A DNA stretch of 64,000 bases from Macrostomum lignano. Lineage: Eukaryota. Position numbers and translations under genes: made by a program. The notes beneath the pieces were generated by a model. That model did no database searches and was not told the origin of the DNA. It was given only the letters and a program-made list of their open reading frames with translations. This document shows positions 1-12,000 of this stretch, piece after piece; position 1 is the stretch's first letter, and each line of letters begins with the position of its first letter. Location of the stretch: the NCBI GenBank assembly GCA_002269645.1, contig NIVC01000712.1, positions 62,001-126,000 on the forward strand, written 5' to 3'.

Positions 1-820
1 CCCGCTTTCTATTCAATTGAGAATCGAGATAAACCCAGCACAAGCCGAGGCTTCGTTTTATTTAATTTGCTTTTTCTAAACATAGCTAGCTCACTACTTT
101 CAGTTCTCGGCACAAACTAACTGCGTCACAGATGCCCAAGACTTTTCTTTCTTTTTAACGTAAGACAAACTTTGAGACAAAATCGATGCATTATCATCAA
201 TGGCAGTTCAGCAAGCATAAATTTGAGTCATATATCCGCATAACAACTGCAGAGGCTTTTATGTCAATTAATGAGGGTTGTGTTGTGTTGTGTCATAAGC
301 TTGCTGACAACTGCAGGGATCGATTTCATAAAAAAGCTACAAGTGACAAGTCGACAAATGACAAGTGTCAAGCGTCAACGATTTTGGTTTCATAAACTCA
401 TTTTTGTGTCTATGGTTGAACCACCGTTTGAAATCGATCCAGCCTTTAAACTGGAGTCTGAAGGACGGACTGAAGACCTGGACGAAGGTGGTGCCGTTCG
501 ACCAATTTCTACAGAAGTTGTTGCCGACTATATCTGATAAGAACGAGCCGATCAAGCGGAAACCCCACGGCGTCGCCTGATGTGCTAATGTGGGGCCTGT
601 GCGACGATGTGACGCGCGGCACAGTGATTTTAATGCCGCAGATCATGAGACAAATCAGGCAGTTGATCCCAAGTTTGGAGGCCAGAGCAGGAGATCGTAT
701 AACCTTCGTCCACGTGGCCATGATAAACTATCGTATCATATCTAGGTCTGTGCGTTTGATAGTTAAATACAAAATATCAGAGCTGGCTCACTGAGAACTT
801 TATTGTTCGTGTTATCTAAG

Positions 821-1123
821 AAATAATAATAATTGATTACACCCGCCCCAATGGGCAGATGTGCAACCGACAGCTCAGCCGCAGCTATTGCGCGGCGCAT
901 CTGAAGGCTGCGTACGGCTGTTCAGTCCAAGGACTGGGGGGTCGCCACACACACCCTCAATTACCCCAGCTAATGCTGGCACCCATTTTACAGCTGGGTG
1001 AACTGAAGCAATACAGAGCTAAGTGTCTTGCTCAAAGACACAAATTGTTCCGAGAAGGATCGGGAATCGAACCACCGACTTTCAAGTCGTAAGTCCGACG
1101 CTCAACCGCTAGGCTACAACCCC
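821..1123 (-). mobile_element. tRNA-derived SINE with CORE/MIR-like central domain
   Basis: The minus strand starts ggggttgTAGCCTAGCGGttgagcg...GGTTCGATTCCcg (A and B boxes). It continues with gtgtctttgagcaagacactt...cttcagttcacccagctgtaaaatggg, resembling the MIR/CORE consensus (recalled), and ends in an (ATT)n tail. Possible 10-bp TSD gtgttatcta at 809-818 and 1135-1144. A second copy lies at 15368-15552. Confidence 0.75.
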
Positions 1124-4100
1124 TACTAATGCTAGTGTTATCTAGCACTTGTCAAGTCTTGCTCTCGGCTCTTACATCCGACCGGAAATAATTGTTCTTT
1201 AAATGCGTCAAATAGCACATAAAAAATGAATTGGGGGGAATCCCAAAATAACTGTCGAAACGACACGAAATTTGTGAGAATCGACAATTGGTGGCACATG
1301 TGACACAATTAAGAATCAAATTTTTAATTGTGCACTGCTGTGCCACAACTGTGCCACAACTGTGCCAGTTGTCTCAGCTATTTTTGAGTGCTTATAATTG
1401 TGCACAACTGTGCCATAAATGTACCATTTGGCACCATACGAGTAAATGTGCAGCTAGAAGCAGTTAAACTAGCGCGTACTGTGCCATTTGGCGTAAATTC
1501 TCCAGACGAGTGAATTTGCAGTTTAAAGCAGTTGAACTAAGCGCATAATATGCTATCTGATGCTGTTATAGTTGACCCGTTAGTCAACTACGAGTTATGA
1601 AGTGTATGAAGTAGCTAAGATTTGCGAGAGGTCCTTCTCATGTTTAAATGAGGGAAGACAAATTGAAAAGAGTTGTTAATGTAAATTAAACTTTAAAATA
1701 ATGTTGAGCGCGAACATAAACAGATTAAAACAGTTGGAAAAAGGGATGTTGCATAAATACGTATATATTTAATGGGAAGTAGCAAATAGGACAAAAAACA
1801 TGTATAAAACAGGAAAAAGGGGAGGCTGCGGAATTAAAAAATGCATACTAGAAGTTAACGGAAAGAAACATAACCGACAGCGGACATTGGACAGGAAACA
1901 AAAAACAACGTAATTAAAAAGCGCGGTGCATGAAAATTGTGGTGCCAGCCAAAGAGTTTACACTTCTAATACATTTAAAACTAAAACATGCAATGTAACA
2001 AATTAACTACTGAGTCGACTACACGTGGCACAGGATTTTAATGTAACAACATGTATACATCTGATGTATTAATTTAAAAAGCACAAACAAACAACTAGAT
2101 AAAAAACAAGCAATTAGTGAAACCAACTCCAATACCTCTGTTCCCCTATACTTTTCTAGTTAGACAACAAGTCTGATTCCTGGTGCTATTGTAATTTACG
2201 AGTCTGGAACTAACTATAGTAATGTAGTTGGTTACTTTATGTGGGAAAGAGCATATTTCCAGGGGAAAACAAAACCAGAAACATGAGGGAGACAGACCAA
2301 GCTACACGGGTCCCGCATCTGCCAAACAAGTTTAGTTTTGCTAGATGCAACAGCAGATATCCGCGCTCAGTCCTCGCGAGTGCATTAGCCGCCTCCGACT
2401 GCACAGTGTCAGTGACATTGGCAGCCGCACCTTGACGAAGTTTCTTTACAGGCAAACGTCCGGATTGCTTTTCACGCCGACTGACGGTGATGGAGCATCG
2501 GACGTAGGCCTTTTCAATCGCTTTCATTGGTTGGGATGTCGATTCCAGCCAGGTAGCAGGCGTGGCCGACCAGGCTCAGTAGAGCGACCGCTCAACGACG
2601 TTACCAAAATCTCGTCGTCGCTGAAGCACCCCCGCACCATCTCGCGGAGAAGTGCATTGAGGTTGGCCGGAGTCGTTGGTTCTTGATATATCCTTACTGG
2701 CCATGACCCTGGTCCGAGCGACGTTGGACGTAAAGGCGAAACCGATTGGCTGCAGAGGTGTTTTTTAAGGATTGAAGAGCGTTTGAGAGTAACAATAGGA
2801 TATTTGCGCGATCATAAATGAAGGACTATTAATTTCTTACCGTAGTATAATTTCTTTCCATTGTCGTCGACCAGCATGTTGTCAACTGTGACGGCAGGGT
2901 CCACGAGCTGATCTAGATGGACGGCGAGATGCTGCGTGATCTGCTGCTTTAGTTCTTTTGTAATGGCGTCAATCAAACGCGGTTGCGCCATTTTCGAGCG
3001 TCTGAGCAGATCATGCCGCAAGTTGGGAGTGAAAACCTGCCGGTCATCTGCCAAAATCGAAGCTACTGACGTCGCAGCCTCAGTGCAAGTTGCACCGGGT
3101 GTGCGTCAAACAGTTTTGTTAGGTAATTAGCAATAAAAAAGGTTATTTGAGCCAAGTGTGCCAAGAAGGACAAAGACATATAACTGTGCCAAATGTCATA
3201 GCTGTGGCACAACTGGTACAATTGTAGCAAGTGTGCCAAGTGTGCCAGTCTGTTTTAATAACCAATTAGCTATAAAAAGGATATTCGTGCCAAGTGTGCC
3301 AAGAAGGACAGTCCAAGACAGTTATATAACTGTGTCAAATAGTATAGCTGTGGCACAACTGGTACACTTGTAGTAAGTGCGCCAAGTGTGCCAAATGGTT
3401 TCCAAGGGGAATTAGCTATAAAAAGGTTATTTGTGCCAGGTGTGCCAAATAGGACATACAAAGACATTTACAAACTGTGCCAAATGGCATAGCTACGGCA
3501 CAATTGGTACAATTGTATCAAGTGTGCCAAATATGACATACAAAGACATTTATAACTCTGTCAAAGGGCATATTTGTGGCACAACTGGCACACTTACTGT
3601 TTTTGAAAGGACAAATATTTTCGGTCGGGCAACTACTAATAGTAATAGTAAAATAGCTAAAAAAGTAAAACCCCAGACTCAAGAGTCAATATTAGACTCC
3701 GTTTTCATTTTTTTGCGGCTGCGCAAATAGCGTTGCGACACAGGTAGGCAGACAGGCAGGCATATCGAGATGGGGGATTGGGCTGGTGCTTTGTCAAGCG
3801 TTAACGGCATTATCGATATATTTTGTAATTTATAATTAATATGCATACATAAAAATCTTGCGGATAGTGTAGTAGACATGAAATAGTTATGATAGTAATA
3901 ACAACAGTAGCATAAAATTATGCCAATCATAATCAGCTAAGCAACACTTATTAAGCCTGTCAGTTATTAATGCTTATATAAAGGCTAAAGCTAGGGGGAG
4001 AGCTCAAAGGATATTGCATAGTTATGGGCTAATCAACTGGTAATAACTGCCAGAAAACTGGCTCGACTTTCGGAACTCCCGAAAAAAAACAGTTCTTAAA

Positions 4101-4540
4101 TGTTGAGAGAAAAACGCAGACTGTAAACCAGCGACTAGAAAAATAAAAGCAAAAAGATTTCAACTGCTTTTGTGCTGTAATTAAACTTAAAAAATTAAAT
4201 ACAAAAATTCAAGTACAGACTGTGCAACGCTTACTACTTACTTATTATTATAGCGGAGGTAATTACGAATATTATTGCACTACAAATATAGATTAGTATA
4301 AAAGGGCTGGGCAGCTGGTAAAAAGGTTGCTTAACAAACCAAAATGTTATCATGGAGAAGCGATGTATTAATAAATTGCACTTTATAACCGGGGTCGAGA
4401 AGCCAAAAGCCAATGAATAAATTTCTAAATTTACGAGTTGTATACCACTGGACAACAGCTGCTTAATAATGCACGAAAAATGGGTTTATTAATAAATTGA
4501 ACAAGTACAGGTTGTTTACTTTAATTGCGCCAGGCTAGTT

Positions 4541-5478
4541 AAATAAATTTCTGTAGTCTATGTATGGCCAGGCCTAAGTGGGGAATATATACATTTCTGT
4601 AGTCTTTGGCCAGGCCCAAGTGGGAAATAAATACATTTCTGTAGTCTATGGCCAGGCCGAAGCGGGGAATAAATACATTTCTGTAGTCTTTGGCCAGGCC
4701 TAAGTGGGGAATAAATACGTTTCTGTAGTCTATGGCCAGGCCGAAGTGGGAAATAAATACATTTCTGTAGTCTATGGCCAGACCCAAGTGGGGAATAAAT
4801 ACATTTCTGTAGTCTATGGCCAGACCCAAGTGGGGAATAAATACATTTCTGTAGTCTATGGCCAGGCCCAAGTGGGGAATAAATACGTTTCTGTAGTCTA
4901 TGGCCAGGCCGAAGTGGGAAATAAATACATTTCTGTAGTCTATGGCCAGACCCAAGTGGGGAATAAATACATTTCTGTAGTCTATGGCCAGGCCCAAGTG
5001 GGGAATAAATAAATTTCTGTAGTCTATGGCCAGGCCGAAGTGGGGAATAAATACATTTCTGTAGTCTATGGCCAGGCCTAAGTGGGGAATAAATACATTT
5101 CTGTAGTCTATGGCCAGGCCGAAGCGGGGAATAAATACATTTCTGTAGTCTATGGCCAGGCCTAAGTGGGAAATAAATACATTTCTGTAGTCTATGGCCA
5201 GGCCGAAGCGGGGAATAAATACATTTCTGTAGTCTTTGGCCAGGCCTAAGTGGGGAATAAATACATTTCTGTAGTCTATGGCCAGGCCGAAGTGGGAAAT
5301 AAATACATTTCTGTAGTCTATGGCCAGACCCAAGTGGGGAATAAATACATTTCTGTAGTCTATGGCCAGGCCCAAGTGGGGAATAAATAAATTTCTGTAG
5401 TCTATGGCCAGGCCGAAGTGGGGAATAAATACATTTCTGTAGTCTATGGCCAGGCCCAAGTGGGGAATAAATATAAAT
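4541..5478. repeat. 42-bp minisatellite, ~22 copies
   Basis: Unit gaataaatacatttctgtagtctatggccaggcccaagtggg; the 14-aa periodicity in the ORF track confirms the unit length. Confidence 0.95.
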
Positions 5479-6081
5479 ATAATTCTCCACATTCTAGTAG
5501 ACTAGTTTTGTAAGCTACTAAAAAAGCTATAATTGCATATTAAATAGTAAATTTTTGTTTAACTTAACGGTTCAAACAGTTGATAATAAAGATTATATAA
5601 ATTGATTATAGCATATTAGAATGGCTGACGAACTTATAGACTGTGATGACTGACTAGCCATAGGAAAAAGTAACGCAAAAACGGCTAGATTTTTTGTTTT
5701 CAAAAACTAAGAAAAAAGCAAATGGTTTATGAGACAGCTGTGATTTAATTAAAAACGCACACACAGCAATAAATTTATGATGCACACACATGGTAACTAA
5801 GCAAGCTGCAGAGGAACACAACAAAAGACACAAAAAGCAAACGAAAAGCAAGGCATAATTACAATACGCAGTTCAATTGTTATTATTATATATATTAGTA
5901 AACAGTTCTTATAAAACAAAGATGTTGTAGCAACTTCAATCAACTCCCATATTGCAACAATTTCAATCACAGGACAATATTATTATTATTATTATTATTC
6001 TTAAAGGGATTAATTCTGATATAATAACAAACACTAAGCTTGAAACGATGGAAGTGCAAGATACGAGCTGTTCCCAGTCAC

Positions 6082-9000
6082 TCAAATATCGCTCTCGTGA
6101 TGCTTATTGCCCTTCTTCCTATTGTCTATGGTTGACATGCTGAAATCGTTCACATTGTCGTCAAGAATTTTGTCCTCCTTGCTGAAGCCCGTCTGCTGGT
6201 AGATGATGTCATTTAGTAGCTAAAATGAAAAACAATGCGACAATAAAACCAAGGTCAGTTTCTTCAGTTGTGACACTTGCGGATGAAGAAAATAGAAATG
6301 ATTGTTTTGTTCTGTAGAGTCTATGGCTGAACTCTCCTTTCTAGCTTTGATCTGCTGTCTATGGCCAGAACTTTCATTTCTAGCTTTGATCTGCTGTCTA
6401 TGGCCAGAACTTTCATTTCTAGCTTTGATCTGCTGTCTATGGCCAGAACTTTCATTTCCAGCTTTGATCTTCTGTCTATGGCCAGAACTTTCATTTCTAG
6501 CTTTGATCTGCTGTCTATGGCCAGAACTCTCCTTTCTAGCTTTGATCTGCTGTCTATGGCCAGAACTTCCTTTCTAGCTTTGATCTGCTGTCTATGGCCA
6601 GAGCTCCCCTTTCTAGCTTTGATCTGCTGTCTATGGCCAGAACTTCCTTTCTAGCTTTGATCTGCTGTCTATGGCCAGAGCTCCCCTTTCTAGCTTTGAT
6701 CTGCTGTCTATGGCCAGAACTTCCTTTCTAGCTTTGATCTGCTGTCTATGGCCAGAACTTTCATTTCCAGCTTTGAACTGCTGTCTATGGCCAGAACTTT
6801 CATTTCTAGCTTCGATATGCTGTCTATGGCCAGAACTTTCATTTCTAGCTTCGATATGCTGTCTATGGCCAGAACAGACGGATTTGACGCTTAATCTTAG
6901 AATTTGATAGCAACAAACAGATAGTAGGCTGACGAGGCTGTTAAAAATGACTATAAAAAGCGAGTGACCAAACAAATCTAGATCATAAAAAGCTATTAAT
7001 ACTACTTACATCGTCATCTTCGCCCTCCTCGGATACGATTAGATTGCGTCTAGCGGCAGCTTTCGACTCGGTCTTGCGCACTGATGGCATTGGAGCTCCA
7101 TTTAGCTGGTGGAGGTTGTCGATTTGGTGGCATTGATTAAATAAGCTTGGATCTATTAATAGTAGCACTTTCTATATGTCAGTATCTTTCGATCCATCTC
7201 ACCCCTGTATCTCAGAGTCTATTTCTCACCCCCTGTATCTCAGAGTCTATATCTCACCCCTGTGTCTCAGAGTCTATATCTCACCCCTGTGTCTCAGAGT
7301 CTATATCTCACCCCTGTGTCTCAGAGTCTATATCTCACCCCTGTGTCTCAGAGTCTATATCTCACCCCTGTGTCTCAGAGTCTATATCTCACCCCTGTGT
7401 CTCAGAGTCTACATCTCACCCCTGTGTCTCAGAGTCTATATCTCACCCCTGTGTCTCAGAGTCTATATCTCACCCCTGTGTCTCAGAGTCTATATCTCAC
7501 CCCTGTGTCTCAGAGTCTATATCTCACCCCTGTTTCTCAGAGTCTATATCTCACCCCTGTTTCTCAGAGTCTATATCTCACCCCTGTATCTCAGAGTCTA
7601 TATCTCACCCCTGTGTCTCAGAGTCTATATCTCACCCCTGTGTCTCAGAGTCTATATTTCACCCCTGTTTCTCAGAGTCTATATCTCACCCCTGTTTCTC
7701 AGAGTCTATATCTCACCCCTGTGTCTCAGAGTCTATATCTCACCCCTGTGTCTCAGAGTCTACATCTCACCCCTGTGTCTCAGAGTCTATATCTCACCCC
7801 TGTATCTCAGAGTCTATATCTCACCCCTGTGTCTCAGAGTCTACATCTCACCCCTGTGTCTCAGAGTCTATATTTCACCCCTGTTTCTCAGAGTCTATAT
7901 CTCACCCCTGTTTCTCAGAGTCTATATCTCACCCCTGTGTCTCAGAGTCTATATCTCACCCCTGTGTCTCAGAGTCTATATCTCACCCCTGTGTCTCAGA
8001 GTCTATATCTCACCCCTGTGTCTCAGAGTCTATATCTCACCCCTGTGTCTCAGAGTCTATATCTCACCCCTGTGTCTCAGAGTCTATATCTCACCCCTGT
8101 GTCTCAGAGTCTATATCTCACCCCTGTGTCTCAGAGTCTATATCTCACCCCTGTGTCTCAGAGTCTATATCTCACCCCTGTGTCTCAGAGTCTATATCTC
8201 ACCCCTGTGTCTCAGAGTCTATATCTCACCCCTGTGTCTCAGAGTCTATATCTCACCCCTGTTTCTCAGAGTCTATATCTCACCCCTGTTTCTCAGAGTC
8301 TATATCTCACCCCTGTGTCTCAGAGTCTATATCTCACCCCTGTGTCTCAGAGTCTATATCTCACCCTTGTGTCTCAGAGTCTATATCTCACCCCTGTTTC
8401 TCAGAGTCTATATCTCACCCCTGTATCTCAGAGTCTATATCTCACCCCTGTGTCTCAGAGTCTACATTTCACCCCTGTGTCTCAGAGTCTATATTTCACC
8501 CCTGTTTCTCAGAGTCTATATCTCACCCCTGTTTCTCAGAGTCTATATCTCACCCCTGTGTCTCAGAGTCTATATCTCACCCCTGTGTCTCAGAGTCTAT
8601 ATCTCACCCCTGTGTCTCAGAGTCTATATCTCACCCCTGTGTCTCAGAGTCTATATCTCACCCCTGTGTCTCAGAGTCTATATCTCACCCCTGTGTCTCA
8701 GAGTCTATATCTCACCCCTGTGTCTCAGAGTCTATATCTCACCCCTGTGTCTCAGAGTCTATATCTCACCCCTGTTTCTCAGAGTCTATATCTCACCCCT
8801 GTGTCTCAGAGTCTATATCTCACCCCTGTGTCTCAGAGTCTATATCTCACCCCTGTGTCTCAGAGTCTATATCTCACCCCTGTTTCTCAGAGTCTATATC
8901 TCACCCCTGTGTCTCAGAGTCTATATCTCACCCCTGTGTCTCAGAGTCTATATCTCACCCCTGTGTCTCAGAGTCTATATCTCACCCCTGTTTCTCAGAG

Positions 9001-12000
9001 TCTATATCTCACCCCTGTGTCTCAGAGTCTATATCTCACCCCTGTGTCTCAGAGTCTATATCTCACCCCTGTGTCTCAGAGTCTATATCTCACCCCTGTG
9101 TCTCAGAGTCTATATCTCACCCCTGTGTCTCAGAGTCTATATCTCACCCCTGTGTCTCAGAGTCTATATCTCACCCCTGTGTCTCAGAGTCTATATCTCA
9201 CCCCTGTGTCTCAGAGTCTATATCTCACCCCTGTGTCTCAGAGTCCATATCTCACCCCTGTGTCTCAGAGTCTATATCTCACCCCTGTGTCTCAGAGTCT
9301 ATATCTCACCCCTGTGTCTCAGAGTCTATATCTCACCCCTGTGTCTCAGAGTCTATATCTCACCCCTGTGTCTCAGAGTCTATATCTCACCCCTGTGTCT
9401 CAGAGTCTATATCTCACCCCTGTGTCTCAGAGTCTATATCTCACCCCTGTGTCTCAGAGTCTATATCTCACCCCTGTGTCTCAGAGTCTATATCTCACCC
9501 CTGTGTCTCAGAGTCTATATCTCACCCCTGTTTCTCAGAGTCTATATCTCACCCCTGTTTCTCAGAGTCTATATCTCACCCCTGTATCTCAGAGTCTATA
9601 TCTCACCCCTGTGTCTCAGAGTCTACATCTCACCCCTGTGTCTCAGAGTCTACATCTCACCCCTGTGTCTCAGAGTCTATATCTCACCCCTGTTTCTCAG
9701 AGTCTATATCTCACCCCTGTGTCTCAGAGTCTATATCTCACCCCTGTGTCTCAGAGTCTATATCTCACCCCTGTGTCTCAGAGTCTATATCTCACCCCTG
9801 TGTCTCAGAGTCTATATCTCACCCCTGTGTCTCAGAGTCTATATCTCACCCCTGTGTCTCAGAGTCTATATCTCACCCCTGTGTCTCAGAGTCTATATCT
9901 CACCCCTGTGTCTCAGAGTCTATATCTCACCCCTGTGTCTCAGAGTCTATATCTCACCCCTGTGTCTCAGAGTCTATATCTCACCCCTGTGTCTCAGAGT
10001 CTATATCTCACCCCTGTGTCTCAGAGTCTATATCTCACCCCTGTGTCTCAGAGTCTATATCTCACCCCTGTGTCTCAGAGTCTATATCTCACCCCTGTTT
10101 CTCAGAGTCTATATCTCACCCCTGTTTCTCAGAGTCTATATCTCACCCCTGTGTCTCAGAGTCTATATCTCACCCCTGTGTCTCAGAGTCTATATCTCAC
10201 CCTTGTGTCTCAGAGTCTATATCTCACCCCTGTTTCTCAGAGTCTATATCTCACCCCTGTATCTCAGAGTCTATATCTCACCCCTGTGTCTCAGAGTCTA
10301 CATCTCACCCCTGTGTCTCAGAGTCTATATTTCACCCCTGTTTCTCAGAGTCTATATCTCACCCCTGTTTCTCAGAGTCTATATCTCACCCCTGTGTCTC
10401 AGAGTCTATATCTCACCCCTGTGTCTCAGAGTCTATATCTCACCCCTGTGTCTCAGAGTCTATATCTCACCCCTGTGTCTCAGAGTCTATATCTCACCCC
10501 TGTGTCTCAGAGTCTATATCTCACCCCTGTGTCTCAGAGTCTATATCTCACCCCTGTGTCTCAGAGTCTATATCTCACCCCTGTGTCTCAGAGTCTATAT
10601 CTCACCCCTGTGTCTCAGAGTCTATATCTCACCCCTGTTTCTCAGAGTCTATATCTCACCCCTGTGTCTCAGAGTCTATATCTCACCCCTGTGTCTCAGA
10701 GTCTATATCTCACCCCTGTTTCTCAGAGTCTATATCTCACCCCTGTGTCTCAGAGTCTATATCTCACCCCTGTGTCTCAGAGTCTATATCTCACCCCTGT
10801 GTCTCAGAGTCTATATCTCACCCCTGTGTCTCAGAGTCTATATCTCACCCCTGTGTCTCAGAGTCTATATCTCACCCCTGTGTCTCAGAGTCTATATCTC
10901 ACCCCTGTGTCTCAGAGTCTATATCTCACCCCTGTGTCTCAGAGTCTATATCTCACCCCTGTGTCTCAGAGCCTATATCTCACCCCTGTGTCTCAGAGTC
11001 TATATCTCACCCCTGTGTCTCAGAGTCTATATCTCACCCCTGTGTCTCAGAGTCTATATCTCACCCCTGTGTCTCAGAGCCTATATCTCACCCCTGTTTC
11101 TCAGAGTCTATATCTCACCCCTGTGTCTCAGAGTCTATATCTCACCCCTGTGTCTCAGAGTTTATATCTGACCCTGAGTCTCCCAGTATCTCAGGGGTCT
11201 CCCTGTATCATTCCCCCTCAACCCCCATGGCCCAGTCCTGCATCGCTCACAGATTTCTCTCGCCGCTCAGTCCCGGCAGCGCCAGCGGGCTCAATCTCGT
11301 CACTTGGATGCTCATCATAGCATGGCGGTCCGTGCGATCCGTGAGTCTCCACCACTTTGCTAGTGACAACCTGGCGCACCTGTTTCCGCTTGACAATCCG
11401 TTTAGTGACCTTGTTGCCATGCTCATCCGTGTAGGTTTCCACCTCTTCGACTGGGTCGCCGACTTGTTCGCTCTGTTAAATACAAATTTAGAAAGATGAA
11501 AGTCTGTGACTACTTATAGTAGGCAAAATGCTAAATATGTTAAAACACGAAGGCTACTAACATTAATAAAATGATAGGACAGAACTACAGGTCGACATAT
11601 AGGTACAAAATTAATATAAACAGGCTATACAAATGATTACATATAAACAATAAAAGAAAATATAAACAAAGCCATGCACAAAAAACTGCAAAACGCAAGA
11701 AATCGCTTAAGATTCATTTTATAATCGATTAAAACGGCAGACGACCACACAGGAAGGTTGTAAGCCAGGGATCGGCAATTTCCGGCCCGCGAAGCCTCTC
11801 TATCCGGCTCTCGGGTCCTTCGATCAACTTCGCAATAGCAATTCAGTCAGCTTAAGGTTTGTGTCTCTTTTCGCCTCCTCCTCTTTTCTCTTTTTCTCAT
11901 AATATGAGATATTCGACATATCGGCACTTCGCTTAACACATCTCTGCATTACTGCATCATTTTCTCTCCTCCCTCTGTCTTTTCTCCTCTTTCCCTTCTC

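Noticed and set aside
400-794. GC-richer segment with short ORFs (LMWGLCDDVT...)
   Set aside because: Frames are broken by stops and I cannot recognise a family; possibly a TE ORF relic, but there is not enough to call.
1060-1123. tRNA gene on the minus strand
   Set aside because: A and B boxes are present, but the anticodon and acceptor stems pair poorly and the sequence continues into a SINE body that has a second copy.
4539-6975. Repetitive ORFs over the 42-bp and 39-bp arrays
   Set aside because: Unit lengths are multiples of 3 and give open frames by chance; there is no unique coding flank.
7147-11499. Three plus-strand ORFs of 1331-1450 aa (SHPCVSESI, LYLTPVSQS and ISPLCLRVY repeats)
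   Set aside because: They result from a stop-free 27-bp unit. The array lies in an intron of a minus-strand gene, all three frames are open equally, and the variants show no codon-position bias.
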